Position numbers and translations under genes: made by a program. A stretch of 63,028 nucleotides of DNA, the filler included, from Platydemus manokwari (lineage: Eukaryota), in the NCBI GenBank assembly GCA_037951405.1. It is 6 parts of 6 records of this genome, joined end to end, with 100 filler letters (N's around TTAATTAATTAA, not from the genome) between each part and the next. Parts side by side here need not be neighbours in the genome. Positions count along the whole stretch, not along the records: positions 45,196 to 54,069 come from JBBMOY011306317.1; positions 54,170 to 63,028 come from JBBMOY011338095.1; 4 more parts are not named here. The stretch is one strand, 5' to 3'. Of the stretch, positions 46,467 through 61,275 are shown one piece after another (positions within the stretch are counted from its first letter, which is position 1; the number at the start of each line of letters is the position of its first letter). The notes beneath the pieces are model-generated. The model saw only the letters and a program-made list of their open reading frames with translations, was not told the DNA's origin and made no database searches.

Positions 46467-49400
46467 AAAATCCAATAATTGTCTCAAATTATCTCTATCT
46501 GGGCATTTATTGGTTATTGATATTTTCTAGGTATTTAAGGGACAAACAAATAATAAAATACTACGTCATTTTATGGCTATTATAGCCTATTAATATCGAT
46601 ATGACATTGAACTGTCACAGTGCTTATTATGCAGAATAAAACGTCATGTCTTCTTACACAATCGAAAAATTGATTTTTCAGAAACCCCAACATCTTTAAG
46701 TCAATTTCAATCACAATGAGTGTTGGAATGGAAGAAGATTATTTTTGATTTGTTCATCGACAAATTGCGAACTTTACTTCGTAATAACTAAATTTCAGAA
46801 TCATGAGACATGAATGTGAATGCATAGAGTATTTAATTGATTAAGATATTACATGAAATAAATTATTGAAAATATAGAGAATGGGTTTGGGATAAACTGT
46901 GGTATTTTTGGGTTTCAGTTCAATTTCTGGGTTGTTCTGAGCAGAGACCAAATCATACATTTTTGCACTTTAATTTGGTATGTAATTTGATATTAAAATT
47001 CACCACTTAGCTAATACGTAAGCGACATTCAATCTAACGGATATATTATGCATCATTAATTGATTTATATTTCACATTAGGTTCAGCTTTTAATTATGGT
47101 AAAATAAATGTTTTATTACATTTTAAAATTCCATTGATCTCGTTCGTCTCATTTTCAAAATATTTAATTGTTGTTATGTATTTCATACTTGTTGCCCTAA
47201 CTCGTTCATATTATATTCTTCTTGCAACAACACGTAATAAGCTACTGAATCTTAATTTTCGAATATCGAATACTGGTCAAATCGATGATTTCATTGATAA
47301 CATTATATTTCTTGATTGTGAAATTACTTGATCTTGTATTCTCAAACCAGGTTATGATGGGTTCTAAATTAGTTATTTACGATTTATAATTTTATTTGTG
47401 GCTACCTACCTCGTCTATAAAAAGCAAACAAGACCGCACTAACTATGTTTAGCGTGTTTATTAATAACGAGTTCTTAGTATGGACTTGCTTCATTGAATT
47501 CATTTTATCAAGTTATGAGACCTTGAAATTTCACGTCTGACTAGTTTTACCTTTTAAACAGCTCCATTAATCGAAATTTTGTTTCTCGCTTATTTTAAAA
47601 ACAATAATTTGGGCTGGATGGTTACCAGTTAATTCTTCCAGATTATAATTAAAAGGTCATTACCACTCGTTACTTTCAATCTATAGATATCGATCGAATG
47701 ACAAGTTCTGTATCTTGGGAATAAGATTTGTATTTTTAAAATTCCCATCTGGGTTTTAATAATTAAAGTTAAAAATTTTAAAAATATTCACTTTTAAAAA
47801 TATCGAATTTAACTTTAAATATATAATATGAGAAATTTATTTCCCCTCCCGAATCAATGAAAAAATTATTATAGAATAATTGTGAAAGAATATTTATTTA
47901 TCTGAAACTGTTTATAATTATTTATATTTCTACAACTGAGTTCTTATATTCTAATATTTGTTTACATAAAATATAAACAGTTTGGGTTTTCAATCGTTAT
48001 AGTTCTTCTGATCATATAATTATCAATAAAGCTCAACATTTTGAAATCTAAATTGAGCTCACTACTAAATGAAATATGTATTGATAGTATTAAGTTTTAA
48101 ATAATGTTTCTGATCGAGTTTCTCTGCAGAAATTTAATATTCTTCTTGTCTACAGGCTATTAGAAACTTTTTAAACGTATCCTGTAAATGTCAATTCTTA
48201 TATAAGATCATTGTGGTTAATGACAGTTAGATAAATAATTATAATTCAGTTCCAGTTTCGCGTCAAAAACAAAAGTATTTCAATTTATCACTTTCAGCTA
48301 TTAATATTGGACTTCAATTTCTGGATAAATGTGTTAAAATTAATTTTGAAAATTATAATTGTTCATCACCAAACCAAAAGTAAAAAAAATATATCTTTGA
48401 TTTTGACCATATACCATAATAGATGCCTGCTTAAAAAATATTAAAACCACCTTGAACACACTCATGAAGCCACCGATCGAATCATGAAAAACTTTTAATG
48501 TTGATAAATCATATGTAACCATGACGATATATGCAGTTGGCTACGATATAGAAGCACGTGAAAAATATTCAGTTAGATCGTTAATTTTAAAGGTCAAATA
48601 AAAAATTTTCGTTTTGCTTTGGGTCGTGATTGAATTTTAGGAATTAATCGAATCAAAAGATACAAGTAGTTGCTACAATTTTGAGATAATTTTCCAGCTT
48701 ACATTGACATTAATCAAAAAGGGAAATGTGGTAAAAATATGATTTGTATTTTTAAAATTCGATTTGGCAAACATTTCAATTTGTTTAAATTAATCGAATT
48801 CTAACAAAGGAAGATTTTAACTCAACTTTTTGAAAAACCTTTAATTCAATTCGAACCAATAATTTGATTGTAACGAATGAGAACTTGTTATTTAAAACAA
48901 GAAATAATATAAATCAAAATCACAGGATTATAATGTGAAATTACAAATATATTTGTTCAAAAAAAATTCTAAATATATCTACAAATAAGGCGACAACAAT
49001 GAATTCATTTATTCAAATGTCACGAGTGCAACTTGAAATCATTTTAAAATAGTTGTTCAAATCAACAAGGTAATTGTGGAAAATTTTACAGTAATTTTAT
49101 CATTAAATTATGGACTTAATAATTTTGTTATTCATTGTTGATGGTAATTGATTGTATATTAATAGAATAGGGGTAGCATCTGTTGTCGATGTAAATTATT
49201 AAGGTAATCGTTTACTTTCATGACAGAAGTTGAAGTAATGAGTTTAGTAATTACCATTAGCATGTATTATTGGCCATTCAGGTTTTGAATGATCGAGAAG
49301 TTTAATAGGAATAAATTTTCTTTGTGAGAGCCTTTAATGTTATAAATATTTGGAATCAAAATTTTAAAAAAAGTATTAATATTGAGCATAGTGTAAGTTA

Positions 49401-52400
49401 TAGTAAATTTCTTAATCATTCTTTGACGGCATACCATCAATTTATTTATATATTTAATTCATGTCATTATTAATATTTTATAATATACTGAATTTAATTT
49501 TTACATAAATTCAAAATATGCTGTCAAAAATTGATCTATATATACACAAACCATAAAATAAAAAATGTATTATAAAAATATTTATAATTCAAATACCAAA
49601 AATGTCAGAAATAAAAAATAAATTATAATTTTTAGAAATAAAATTATTAACATATTACTGTAAATCTTCCCAATGTTTTTCTCTTTTAAACAAATATTTG
49701 AAAAACATTATTGAAAGAATAATTAATAAAAATTATTCTTATAAAAACTGATCGTAATAGTAAAAACAAAAAGGTCGTAATAGAAATTTTGGTGTCAGCA
49801 AGTTTAGGAACATTAAATTGAAACTGATACTAGGAACCAGAGGATCATTGCTGTCACACATTGTATCCACACAAAATTATAGTGCGAGGTGAAAAAATTA
49901 AAGGTAAATATTGTAGTTTTGGCCTTGAGAGGATATTCACAGATGCTGACCAAGACGACAATGATCCACAATGGAAATAAACTGTAATATTAAAATTTAA
50001 TTAGATTAATTTTCTTATACCAAAATACAAAGTAACATGAATAATCACGTTACCGAAACCTAATATTGTTTAGGAAATTAACAGCATTTAGTTCATCCAC
50101 CAATGAAAATCTAGGCAAAATTCCTCCAGTAAAATTTGCAAGAAATGAGGAGACATGCACAAGAAAATTTGAAAAATCTTGAAACTAAAAGGATTTCCCA
50201 AAGATATTGATCTTTCCCAAGTGGGTAAATTTATTCAAGTTACATTTTAAGCATGATTATATTATTTAAAAAGTAGCTCATGAAGAACTCAGTTATAAAG
50301 GTTATTGAGTTGGATTTTTGCGCAAACCGGATTTAACTCTTCTTTCATAGACCATTTGACCAAAGTTGAGAGCAGTTAGACTCTTTATTGGAATTGTGAG
50401 ATACGCAAATGCAAGCAAAAAAATAAGATATATAAAAACAAAATTATAAAATGATAGGATCTAAATATTTTGAAAATAAATAGGAAAATTATAAAAACCG
50501 TTTATTAAAAATCAATGTGAAACAGCCAGTCATCAACAAAATTTAATAATATAAACAAAGAAGAAAAGGTTAAATGCAGTAAAACAATGCTGACCAGATG
50601 ATCAAAAATATATTAGCAAAAATAAAATCAGAGTAAAGAAAGATACGTATTCTTAAAAAAACGTCAAAGAAATCCCACAAATTTAAAACGAAACAACATA
50701 GACAGCTATCATAAAAAGCGGGAACTAGCGATGAAGAAAGACAGAAATATATAGTAGAGATATTTTAATACTAGTTGTGATACTCAGTGAATGACCTCAT
50801 GACTGATAGCTGAGGCTCTTGAGGGATAAGCTACTGTACAAAAGCTATGTAATAGCTATTAATCTATTGTAGATATCTTATTCTCATTTGATCATCAATA
50901 TGTTGAGTTATTAATCTAAAAATTTGTATTAACTAAAATATTACACTCAAAGTCTTAACAACAACAGCAAATCTTTTCACAATTCACAAAGTAAATCACT
51001 CAATCTCCTGAAATTCTAAAACAATGAAAAGTAATAAAAAAGACTGATTACTAAGGTCACTGATAAGCTAAGCACTCAAGACGGGAAGATATCCATAGAA
51101 GATATCCATATCGACCTCTTTTATAGACCTATTGGGCGTGTCTGCTTGATGTCTAGAATCTTCGTTTTCCATTTCCTGAATTTGCTTGTGTACTGATCAT
51201 TTTAGGGTTCTTTCCTTGGTTTTTGAGACTATTTTGATTGATTTGTAATATACCCAACAAATATAACTCCTCGTTTAGCTATTGTATTTATTTATATTTT
51301 AAATTTCTATATTTGGAGTTACAAACCACGTCTAAAAAGGTAAATAAACAACGTTAGTGGGAATTATTAATTCATTTGTTTAATATTTTGGAGACATATA
51401 TTATTATGATACGTTTTGTTATTGTTTGCCTTTTAATTTATTCTTATTATTAGTCTACAGCTTTCTATCGGTTTAGCACAATCTCGACTAATATCAGTCT
51501 TGGAGTTCTCACAATCCCATGCAGAATTAAAACTTATATTCGATAATTTATCTTCACCTCGAACGACCAACGGGTGGGCTTATTGAACTTTTATCTATAA
51601 AATAACAACAATTCCGCTACCAAATGGTGGCGAGATGATAATAATCAAATTTTATCGATGATGACAATAGCACTATGATATAACAGAACAATTGGTTTGG
51701 GTTTATAAAGTTATATTTTTTACATTTGGCTAAAAACGTGGTCCGAATGACAGATATACATGGAAGGTGATATCATTGAATTGAGGCTAAATCAATTTTC
51801 AAAATGGTAAGCGTTTGCTCGAAAAATAATAAATTTAACGACAAATTATAGATTGACATTGATCTTCTAAAAACAGTGCTTTACTTTGAGTTCTTCCTAT
51901 AGAATACTTGGCATATTCTGGATCCCCTACTCAAAAACGATCTTCTTTAATCTGGATCGCTATCACGATTCTAGCTACTATAGTGTATTCTCCACTATAA
52001 ACTATTATCTGGTTCCGTATATGATAATAGTGCACCAATAATTGCGACTAACTGACTTTTATAAATATTGTATTATTATTACCAACACTTCCCAAGAATT
52101 TATATAGTGATAAATATGGGTCTAACTCAAGATAAGAAAGATATAATAAGTAATTACTAAATTTATATACCAAATCTTTCATCAAGATCACTAAGAAATG
52201 CACATTATGTTGACAAAACCCCAACACCTTATTGATAAAATTATTCATTTCAATTTGAACTTCTATCTCCAGTTAACTTTAAATCGAACGTATAACTTAA
52301 AGTTACAACACTCCATATTGTAAGTTTTCAGAAAGAAACATTTGATATTAAAATCTTTTATATTAGATTGCTGTGTCTAGTAAATAAAATTCGTTGCGCT

Positions 52401-54069
52401 ATTTAAGATGTAATTATTTATACCTGCAAATCATTAAAATCTAATCCCAGTGACGCACGATCTTTATGTGTCAAATATGCGTTGGATGCAATTACAACCT
52501 CAATCAGCCGTTAGAAAATTTCAATTAAATATTCTTTATATCGTTTCTTTTCTTCTTAATGTATTCTAAACACCTTATCTATATCTTCTTTCTCTTTCAT
52601 ACTTCCATGTCACAGACATTATCAGAATCGAATCCAAATATGTCGTCATTATGTAAGCCGGTACTATTTTATAAAACACGCCTTGAAAAATCACGACACC
52701 AAATCATAATTTTATTTAGAATGATTCACACAAATTTATCTTTTATCTAAATATAATAAATTTAAATTTATTATAAATCCTCACGATATTGCTCTGCTCC
52801 TTATGAAGCCATTAATTTGAAAAAATATAAAAAATCAAGAAAAAACAAAAAACAAATGATAATTTCTAATTTCAGAAAAGCTTTATTAAAATATGTTTTT
52901 ACCAAGGTGTTGTTTCCTTTCTAAATTGTAGAAGATAATTTCTTTTGCAATCTCTAATAAAACCTTTAAAGTATTCTTAAAAATCACTGTTTTAAACTGA
53001 TCGACTTATTCGGGTCCAAGATCGTATTTCATATTTTACTTCTTGTCCTTGTGTTACAGAGCAGAACCAACATCCAAATCTCAAGCATATCAATCACAGC
53101 CTTCAATTTATAAATGTCAGTCTTCAGTTTCTCAATTACTTCACCTAGTGGGATGACCTTCTCAATCCCAGACCTCAGTTTATCGGAAGTTAGGATTTCA
53201 ATCTCAAACTAAATCTTCCTACCAAAGTCTACGAAAGCTCCAAATCAATTGGAAATCAGACATTGATGATGAGAATTTATGCTTTTATTATTGATTAGAT
53301 TTTGATTTTCGTGATCATCTTTGCATGAAATGTATACAACTTATTTTTAATATGTGGAAATTTAAACATGTATATGATTTATTGTAAAATTATAATAAAA
53401 TATCTATGACTGGCGAAATTATTATGAAATTATATTTTGAGAATAATAATAATGAGTAAAATTATAATAAAAACGAAATATAAATAATAAATAAATAAAT
53501 ATGGGCCAAATAATTAAATGAGGGCGTAAATCAAATTATTGTAGGCGAAGAATAAATTAAAATTAATAATGTAGATGGATTTTTAAAATAATTTTAAAAT
53601 CCAATATGGGAAAAGAAAAAATTATTCAAAATCCGTAATAGAAAACGGTATATAAGCAGTAGGAAAATCAGAAATTCCTCTCGCACAAACAATTATAACG
53701 GTCACAAAACAAAAAAGGACTTTAGATTTCATTAAAAGAAATATTATCGAACCAAGTACTATTTTGAATAACAGCAACAACAATAATAATCATCAAAAAG
53801 GCTCTCACATATATTGTAAAATTTATCATATTTTAAAATCATATATTGCAACACAAAAGAGGTTCGCTATCAGGGCCTTCCCTCGTTGACCCTTGTTGTT
53901 AAAGTGAATGTTTGGGTAAAATTGTAATTTCGAGTTATTGAGAAGTTAATAAGTTTGATTGAATTGAAATTTTTCTTGAAAAAAAGGCATATTAAATTGG
54001 ATTTCCGTATTATTATGTAATACGATTTTTGTATACTTCTAATGAATTTAAATGAAAAGTATTGACATA

Positions 54070-54169
54070 NNNNNNNNNNNNNNNNNNNNNNNNNNNNNNN
54101 NNNNNNNNNNNNNTTAATTAATTAANNNNNNNNNNNNNNNNNNNNNNNNNNNNNNNNNNNNNNNNNNNN
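54070..54169. other. Artificial contig-joining spacer
   Basis: 44 N + TTAATTAATTAA + 44 N. Confidence 0.97.
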
Positions 54170-57100
54170 ATATCGGTCTTTCATTACAAATAAAATACAA
54201 TCAGCTTTGTAGTGAACTGAGATTTTTGAACGATAAGAATAGATGATAATTCTTCATCTTATATTCATATTCAGTAACCATTCAGTAATCATTACAGATT
54301 GGTAAAGTAGACTAATTTTGTTCTTTCTTCCACTTAAACCATGTCCATCTCACTTAATGTTTCATTAAGTTTTGAGCAATATTTTACTCCTTTTCTAAAA
54401 CATTTTCCTGATAGCTGTTATCAAACTTTACATATTTCCTTCATTAATTGGAATTCTCTCATGATAATTACTGATTATGTAATGTTATTTGGAAGTTTTG
54501 CATCAGGACTATTTTCAGAAAAAAAGGTGAAAATACTTCAGGACATAAAAAAATACTCAGAAATTATTTTTATAATAAATTTTTTCACAAATAAATCAAT
54601 GATTTCATCAAAGAATTACAAATACCTATATAATCACCTAATATCAAAAACGAAAAAGTTTCCATAACTAAGTAATTTTAAAAAATGCTAATAACAAAAA
54701 ATAATGAAAATCAATCTTAAAAAATTCTAAAATAATGCCAAACAACATTTATATCAACTCATATAAACAAATCTGTAATTCTAACAAGTTTATGAACAAA
54801 ACATTAAACTATTAAACATTAAGTATTTTTGACATAGAGTACCTTATCTTCGATAATATAGTTTGGCACTAATTCTATCAATATTTTTAAAATTTTGTCG
54901 ATTTCTGCGACTAAATAAATTTAAAAGCAATTTAAATAATTCTATTTCAGTTTAATTCACATTTGCTCTTGCTTTATTTCTCTGCTTAATTAAATATCTA
55001 TTATAAATTTAATCGGTTTATGTGCTAGTAAATCAAATAAAGAGAGATACATAGCAAACATCTAATAGGCTTCCATTAATTATCAAACAATATTATTTCC
55101 AAGCAAAAATTTCAGTATACATGTTTTACAAACATTCTTTTCTCGATAATCACCTGGTCATTTTTATCAAGTAATCAAACGACATTAAGTTATTAGTATC
55201 TTATTGAGATCAATAAGACTAAAAAGAATTGAACTCAACATTTTCATTATTAAAAAAAATTAATAATACTAAGACAAAATAAAAGGTAAAAATATTCCTG
55301 CTTGAAATAAATATTAAAATAAAATAATATGAAAAATAGATATTAAAATTAAATATTGAAATAAATGCAAGTTGTTTATTTTAATTAATATATATTTTAT
55401 ATATTTTATATATTTTATTTGATAAAATCTAAACCATAAAGAAAATATTTTTAAGAAAAATTTATTTGATAAAAATACTAATTGGAAATAAATAATAAAT
55501 TTCTTGCAAATGTAACAAATCCTTGATAAGTAAATAATCAAACATTGTTTTATATTCCATCTATCATATTTAATATCATAAAATAAATAATACACATTTA
55601 CATATTCTTAATTCATTATTTTGACATTTTTCAGGCAATGGTAAGCAAATAAATTTATAATTTCAATTATTAAGCTTGGAAATTTTGATTTTTTAAATCG
55701 ATATAATACTGAATGTCCTAGCAACAACCGTTATTTGATATATTATTATAGGGAGGAACTACTGAATAATCAGTGATTGGCAAAATAGATGTATGAAAAC
55801 TCTTAGGAAATACAGTCTCAACAAGCAATCTATTTTCATTTATAAATATAATTAAAATCTTGAAAGCAAATTATATATATATACTCCCAAATTTTAATAA
55901 TAAATCGAAAATTTAGAAAGAAAGTTAGGCTAGCTAAGAATTGAATGTATATTGATAACTATTTTATATGTCTGATATATTTATATATGAGACAGAAATT
56001 GGCCTTTTGTGAGTTCAAATCTTTAATACCTAACATTTCCATTTCAGTTACATGATATTTCCATAATAAAATCAATATCTTTAAAACATTTCTGTTAATA
56101 TTTTTCTAATTTATTAATCAGTAAATATTAAAAACAACTTTGATTATTAATGATCAACATTGACATGAAAATAGAACAAATGCAATGGAGAAAACCTAAT
56201 ATTTAACTTGTTAGAATAATACCTATCCAGATTAAAACAGTCACGAACTACTTCAATAAGACATAAAAAAGCCAATTAAAATAGCATAGCTTTCGATGCC
56301 GTCTTATAGATTAACAAAATTAGTTAATTACGAGAACCTAAAATTTTGATTTGCAATAAAAATAAGAATTGTGAAGATTTGAAAATTTATATGTAAAACA
56401 TTTTATAAATTAATGTCAGAGATACTATTTTGTTGAAATAATTATAGCTAAATATATAGTTTTGTGTTTCAAAACCGGTTGAGAACAATACTTAATATCG
56501 CAAAATTTTAAATGTTTTGCTCTAAAGAATTCTCAGAAGTAACTAGAATTTTGTATATATAAAATTACAAAATCTTGGAAGCATTAATTAATAAAAATAA
56601 TTTGAAATAAATTCGACACACAAATTACCGATGTCCAAATAATGTATTTTAAAATTTTAGATATTTTATCCCAAATCTTTTAGGTATAAAAGAAATCAAA
56701 ACTAATGAGTCTTAAAAAATCAAAATGTGCTTGACTTTATTATTGAAAATGAGGAAAACATTTATTTCACCACAAACTCTCAATACCTTGAGATATATTA
56801 AATATTAATTATTTTACAAGATTGTATAAATTTTTATCAAAGCTATTAATTTGTTTAAATATTTATAGTCAAATATATAATTTTGTGTTTCAAAACTGGT
56901 AGTGTGCAATAGATAATATCGCACGATTTAAAATTTACAAAAATAATGATCCATGTAAGTGATTTTGCTCTGTTCTTTATCATAATTTTTTAGACAAATA
57001 CTACCAGACACACTCATCAAGATAACATACACAGTGAAATATAAATTCTTCATGAATTTATCCATTATAATTGATATGGGAAAAATATGAAATGTTGATG

Positions 57101-57802
57101 TTCTCTAGTGAAGAATGATATCCATTTGCATAACTTAAAATAATAAAGAAAACTCAAGCATATATATATATCTGTCAATGACTGTAAAGCTGCTATCAAA
57201 TTCACCAGTAAACTTTGTAACATGGAATTTAAAACTTGCTTGTTTTTGTACATTTTATTGAGATTGAGATGCTAAAATTGCTTGGGATCTGAGCTGTTTA
57301 CCTGATAATAACTTATTTTTTTTCATAAAATACTTTTATAAAAACTTTGTTTATACAATATTAACATTTTCTAAAAATTTTAAAATGAAAGACCGATTAA
57401 AATATATTATTAAAATATATTATTAAAATATATTATTAAAAAGGAAAACAAAATAATAAATTAAATCATTGATATTAAAAATTTTTTTTCATTTTTCATT
57501 TTTTAAAATTTGGAAAACTAAGCCTAAAATAAAGCAATAATGACATTTACTTTACCGCAAACTCTCAGTAGTTTGAGATATATTTAATATTAATGTAAAT
57601 AAATTAATTTAAAATCCACATGAGATCAATGAAAAATATCGTTTTAACGATAAAATAAAAAATGAAATTCACATTGAACACTTTTGGAGACGCAACTCTA
57701 ACATAAATCTAACATAAATCTTTAGAATATTTGTGTTACTACAAAGTAAATAATATAAGATCAAGGTGCATTTATAGATTTTCACCAATTATCTAAACCA
57801 TA

Positions 57803-58704
57803 TTATTTACAATGAAAATATTCTAGTGTATATCTGCCACAAGCATTAGTTTCTTGGTAATCACCTGATCCTTTTTCATTAGATACGCAAAACCCATATT
57901 GTCTTATTAGGATCTCAACCTCATTTGTTGGTATTATATCGCGGGTAGCAGAAGTAAAAATAATTCCCCATTTATATATAACTGCGTTCTTAATGAAACT
58001 AGATACATCAAATCGAGACAGTGGCAAAGCCCCGAAAACCAGATACTTGACACCGATGAACTTGTCAAACTTTTCTATTGGATGGTAACAGCTAAAATAA
58101 CTGATGCACTTTCCATCTGTTAAATATGAAGCAAAATTATTAGCTAAAATTTGTATACTCGAATTAAAGTAATCTATGCCATTCAGTGGAGCGTTTGGAG
58201 ACCACACGCCTAGCTTGGTATTATTGTAATTTCCAATACCTACAAATACGAATTCCTTATACTTTATAAATGCTTCAACTTCTCTATCACTTGAAGCTGT
58301 AAAAAGAACATTTTTATTCAATTCCAGAGGATAGTCCAGTCCTTTAAATATCATATATTGTCCATAGGTGGGAGATACGAACTAGAAATAAAAGTGATTG
58401 TTATCAAAACTAAAAACAATTGATATACTTCATCTAAATAATTGTCATTGAAATATGCTTTCACATATTTACAATAATTCTTTGAGTCACATGTCTCGCT
58501 AAAAGTGTAGAAATAGCATTTCATTGTTTTCTTATCAAAATAAAATATTGGGCAATTAGCAGAACTGCATTGAATTGCACAATTGAAAAGGTCACTTGTA
58601 TTGATTGTGCTGTATTCCTCAAATACGCAAACCATTTTGCCAACAAAATTAAATTTGCATTCAATAAATGATAAATTGAGAATTATTAAACCAAACTTCA
58701 ACAT
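57803..58704 (-). CDS. Secreted Cys-rich orphan protein, ~284 aa (signal peptide + PAN/apple-like module + unknown domain); exons 58429-58704 and 57803-58381
   Basis: A 47-nt GT-AG intron (58382-58428) joins the two listed ORFs in frame (...NDNYLDE / FVSPTYGQYMIFKGLDYP...). The N-terminus MLKFGLIILNLSFIEC is hydrophobic. The pattern CAIQCSSANCPIFYFDKKTMKCYFY resembles PAN/apple CxxxC...C..F.F.....C. Confidence 0.75.
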
Positions 58705-59799
58705 TGAAAAAAATTATTGTACAAGAAAAAGTAACAGCAATATATGCTTTTACATACTTTACATACTGTTGTGTATATTTTCTTTCTTATTTTTACTGAA
58801 TTAATTAATCCTACTGGTTTGTGGCATTATTGTAATAGATGATGACAAGAAATACCTATTAATAGAATTTCCTAAAGCTCCATTTATCTCTTCATTTAAT
58901 AATAATTTAAGTGTAAAAGACTTTTTATTTTAGAAATGTTCAATAATTTTAAAACATACACGTTCCGTGTTCTTTGTTCCTTGTACAGTATAAATACTTT
59001 TATTCAGAATACCACATTGGCCATTTTCAATCAAGCCTTGTTGTGAAATCTTTCACCATGTTTGTTTCTTTAAAAGCGAATTATCAACTTCAAGGACTAA
59101 TTTATCAATAAATCAATTATAATATCCCATTATAAAAAGACACGCGCAGTATTTATAGATTAGTTACTATCATTGGTTTCTTAGTTGTATTAAACAAATG
59201 TAGATAGCCATTGGTAATGACTAATGGTTTTATAAAGGATATTATGATATTGTATTAATTGGTTCCTTAGAATTCGTGTTGAAACCTTGGGTAAAGATAT
59301 TCGAGTTAAATCCTGGAGAGATGTGTTACATTTCATTTAAATTAGAGGTAAATCAATGTAACCTGTATAATTTAGCTAACATTCCAACAACCTTATTTCT
59401 TATTTTTCTAGTATTTTTATTCTCATTTTATTTACTGGCATTCCTAAATATAATAATTTATCATTACTAAAATTAAATTAATTTGAAAGGTTAATTTGAA
59501 ATATACAATGAAAGGGCAAAAAGCAAAGCACTTTCTATAATCTAAAAAATCTAAAAATTTTCAAACGCTTACTTCAAAAAAATATTTAAAATGAAAATTA
59601 TTATATATAAAGTTGATCATTTTAAAATGTTTCTTCCAATACCTAGTCCACAATTAATAAACATAATTTGTTAAATTTTTATATATATTATTATTATTAT
59701 TTATATATTTATTATTATATATTTATTATTATTTATATATATTATTATTATTAATTTATATATATATTAAAAGAATAATAAAAGATCAAGACTAATCAA

Positions 59800-61275
59800 A
59801 TATATAATTTCCCGTATTACAAAAGAATCTCATGAAATTTTAAAAATCTTAAATAAATATTCAAATATTAAATTTCACAAAAGTGATAAGATTATTCTGA
59901 AAAATATAAATCACAATACAAATAAATATGATTACTTTACAATCACATTAAATTCAAATCAAGTATTAAAAATTGGTGAAGATACATTTATTGCAGATCA
60001 ACTATTCGAAATAATCAAAGATTTTTTCAGAAATAAGATGATGATTTGTTAAAAATAAAATGTTGTGGTTTGAATATATTTGAATTAGGAAACATAAAAA
60101 TAAATATTTCAAAACAAATGTGTTATTTGAAAGTAATTATAAACCTTTACATTTTGGAAGTAATGACATAGTAAATATAGAAAATTATGATAACAAATGT
60201 TTTATATATTCAATATTAGCTCATTTATTTCAACTCAATAAAGATCCAAATAGACCAAGTCATAATACAAAATATTTTGATAAATTAAATTTAGGTCGAA
60301 AAACATTTCTAACAACCATTAATGAGATAAAAATATTGAGAAGAACAATAACTTTAAAATATATTTTTATGGTATTAAGGATAAAAGAAAACAACGTAAA
60401 GATAATAAATTATTCCTGATTTATATTTTGAAGAAAAACGAATTTTAAAATTTTTGTAAAAGAAACTAGTTTTATTAATGATTAACAAATACGTGGTAAA
60501 GATGGTAAAGATATAACAAGAGTATTTATGCCAAGTAAACAAAATAATATTTTAAAATTTTAGAATTATAACCACCAAATATTAATTCCATTTAAACATA
60601 GTAGCTGATACAGAATATCTAAATATAGAAACCAATAAGTCAAAAGGTTAAGCAACAAAAGTTATATGTAATCAAATACCGTCTTGTGTTTATTTATAAA
60701 TAATTTCAAGATATCCAAATCTAATTGAAAACGAAAGCTAATTATTTCAATGAGAAAATTGTGTAAAAGAATTTGTTCAATGGATAGTTGATAATGAAAT
60801 TAGATTTGAATTAAAACTAAAAACAAAAGATGGAAATAATATAACTAAAGAACATGAAAATCACATTAATAATTAGACGAATTGTATTTTTTGTAAAAAG
60901 ATATTCATTGAAAAAACAAATCTTTCATTTATTAACTGGCATGAACTTAGTCTAATTAAGGAACCAGTATTTAAAGTTAGAGATCATGATCACTATTTCA
61001 AAAAAATAAAAACAATTACAGAGGACCTGTATGTGAAAAATGTAACTTATTAGTGAGGAAACCAAAAGGTTTTTCATTATATTTTAATGATTGCTCTAAA
61101 TATGATTTTCATCTAATAATAAAGGTTTTGTAAAGGAATCTGATAAAAATTTGAAAGTATTACCAATAATTGATGAGATTTACTTCTCCTTTAATTATGG
61201 TTGTATAAGATTAAAATATTCATTAAAATTATTTCAAAACTCTTTAGATAAAGTAAGTAAATCAATAAAACCAAT
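59800..61275 (+). mobile_element. Decayed Polinton/Maverick-like protein-primed DNA polymerase B (N-terminal + exonuclease region with endonuclease-VII-like insert)
   Basis: Motifs in order across frameshifts: NIKINISK; VNIENYDNKCFIYSILAHLF...PNRPS...YFDKLN; VADTEYL (Exo I DxE); CIFCKK...KVRDHDH...YRGPVCEKCNL (EndoVII-type zinc/His motif); YFNDCSKYDFHLII (Exo II); IRLKYSLKLFQNSLDKVSK. Confidence 0.8.

Noticed and set aside
55197-55220. bantam-seed-like TGAGATCA in a short palindrome (also at 57621)
   Set aside because: The stem is far too short for a pre-miRNA and the sequence beyond the seed does not match.
46600-55600. Listed 60-108 aa ORFs and possible LTR/protease-like debris around 49800-51200
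   Set aside because: Low-complexity I/F/L/N/K-rich translations typical of random AT-rich DNA, with no splice-consistent or motif support.
58351-58354. ATGA stop/start overlap between ORFs 58351-58704 and 57803-58354, resembling bacterial translational coupling
   Set aside because: A 47-nt GT-AG intron joins the two ORFs in frame into one eukaryotic gene, so the overlap is coincidental.
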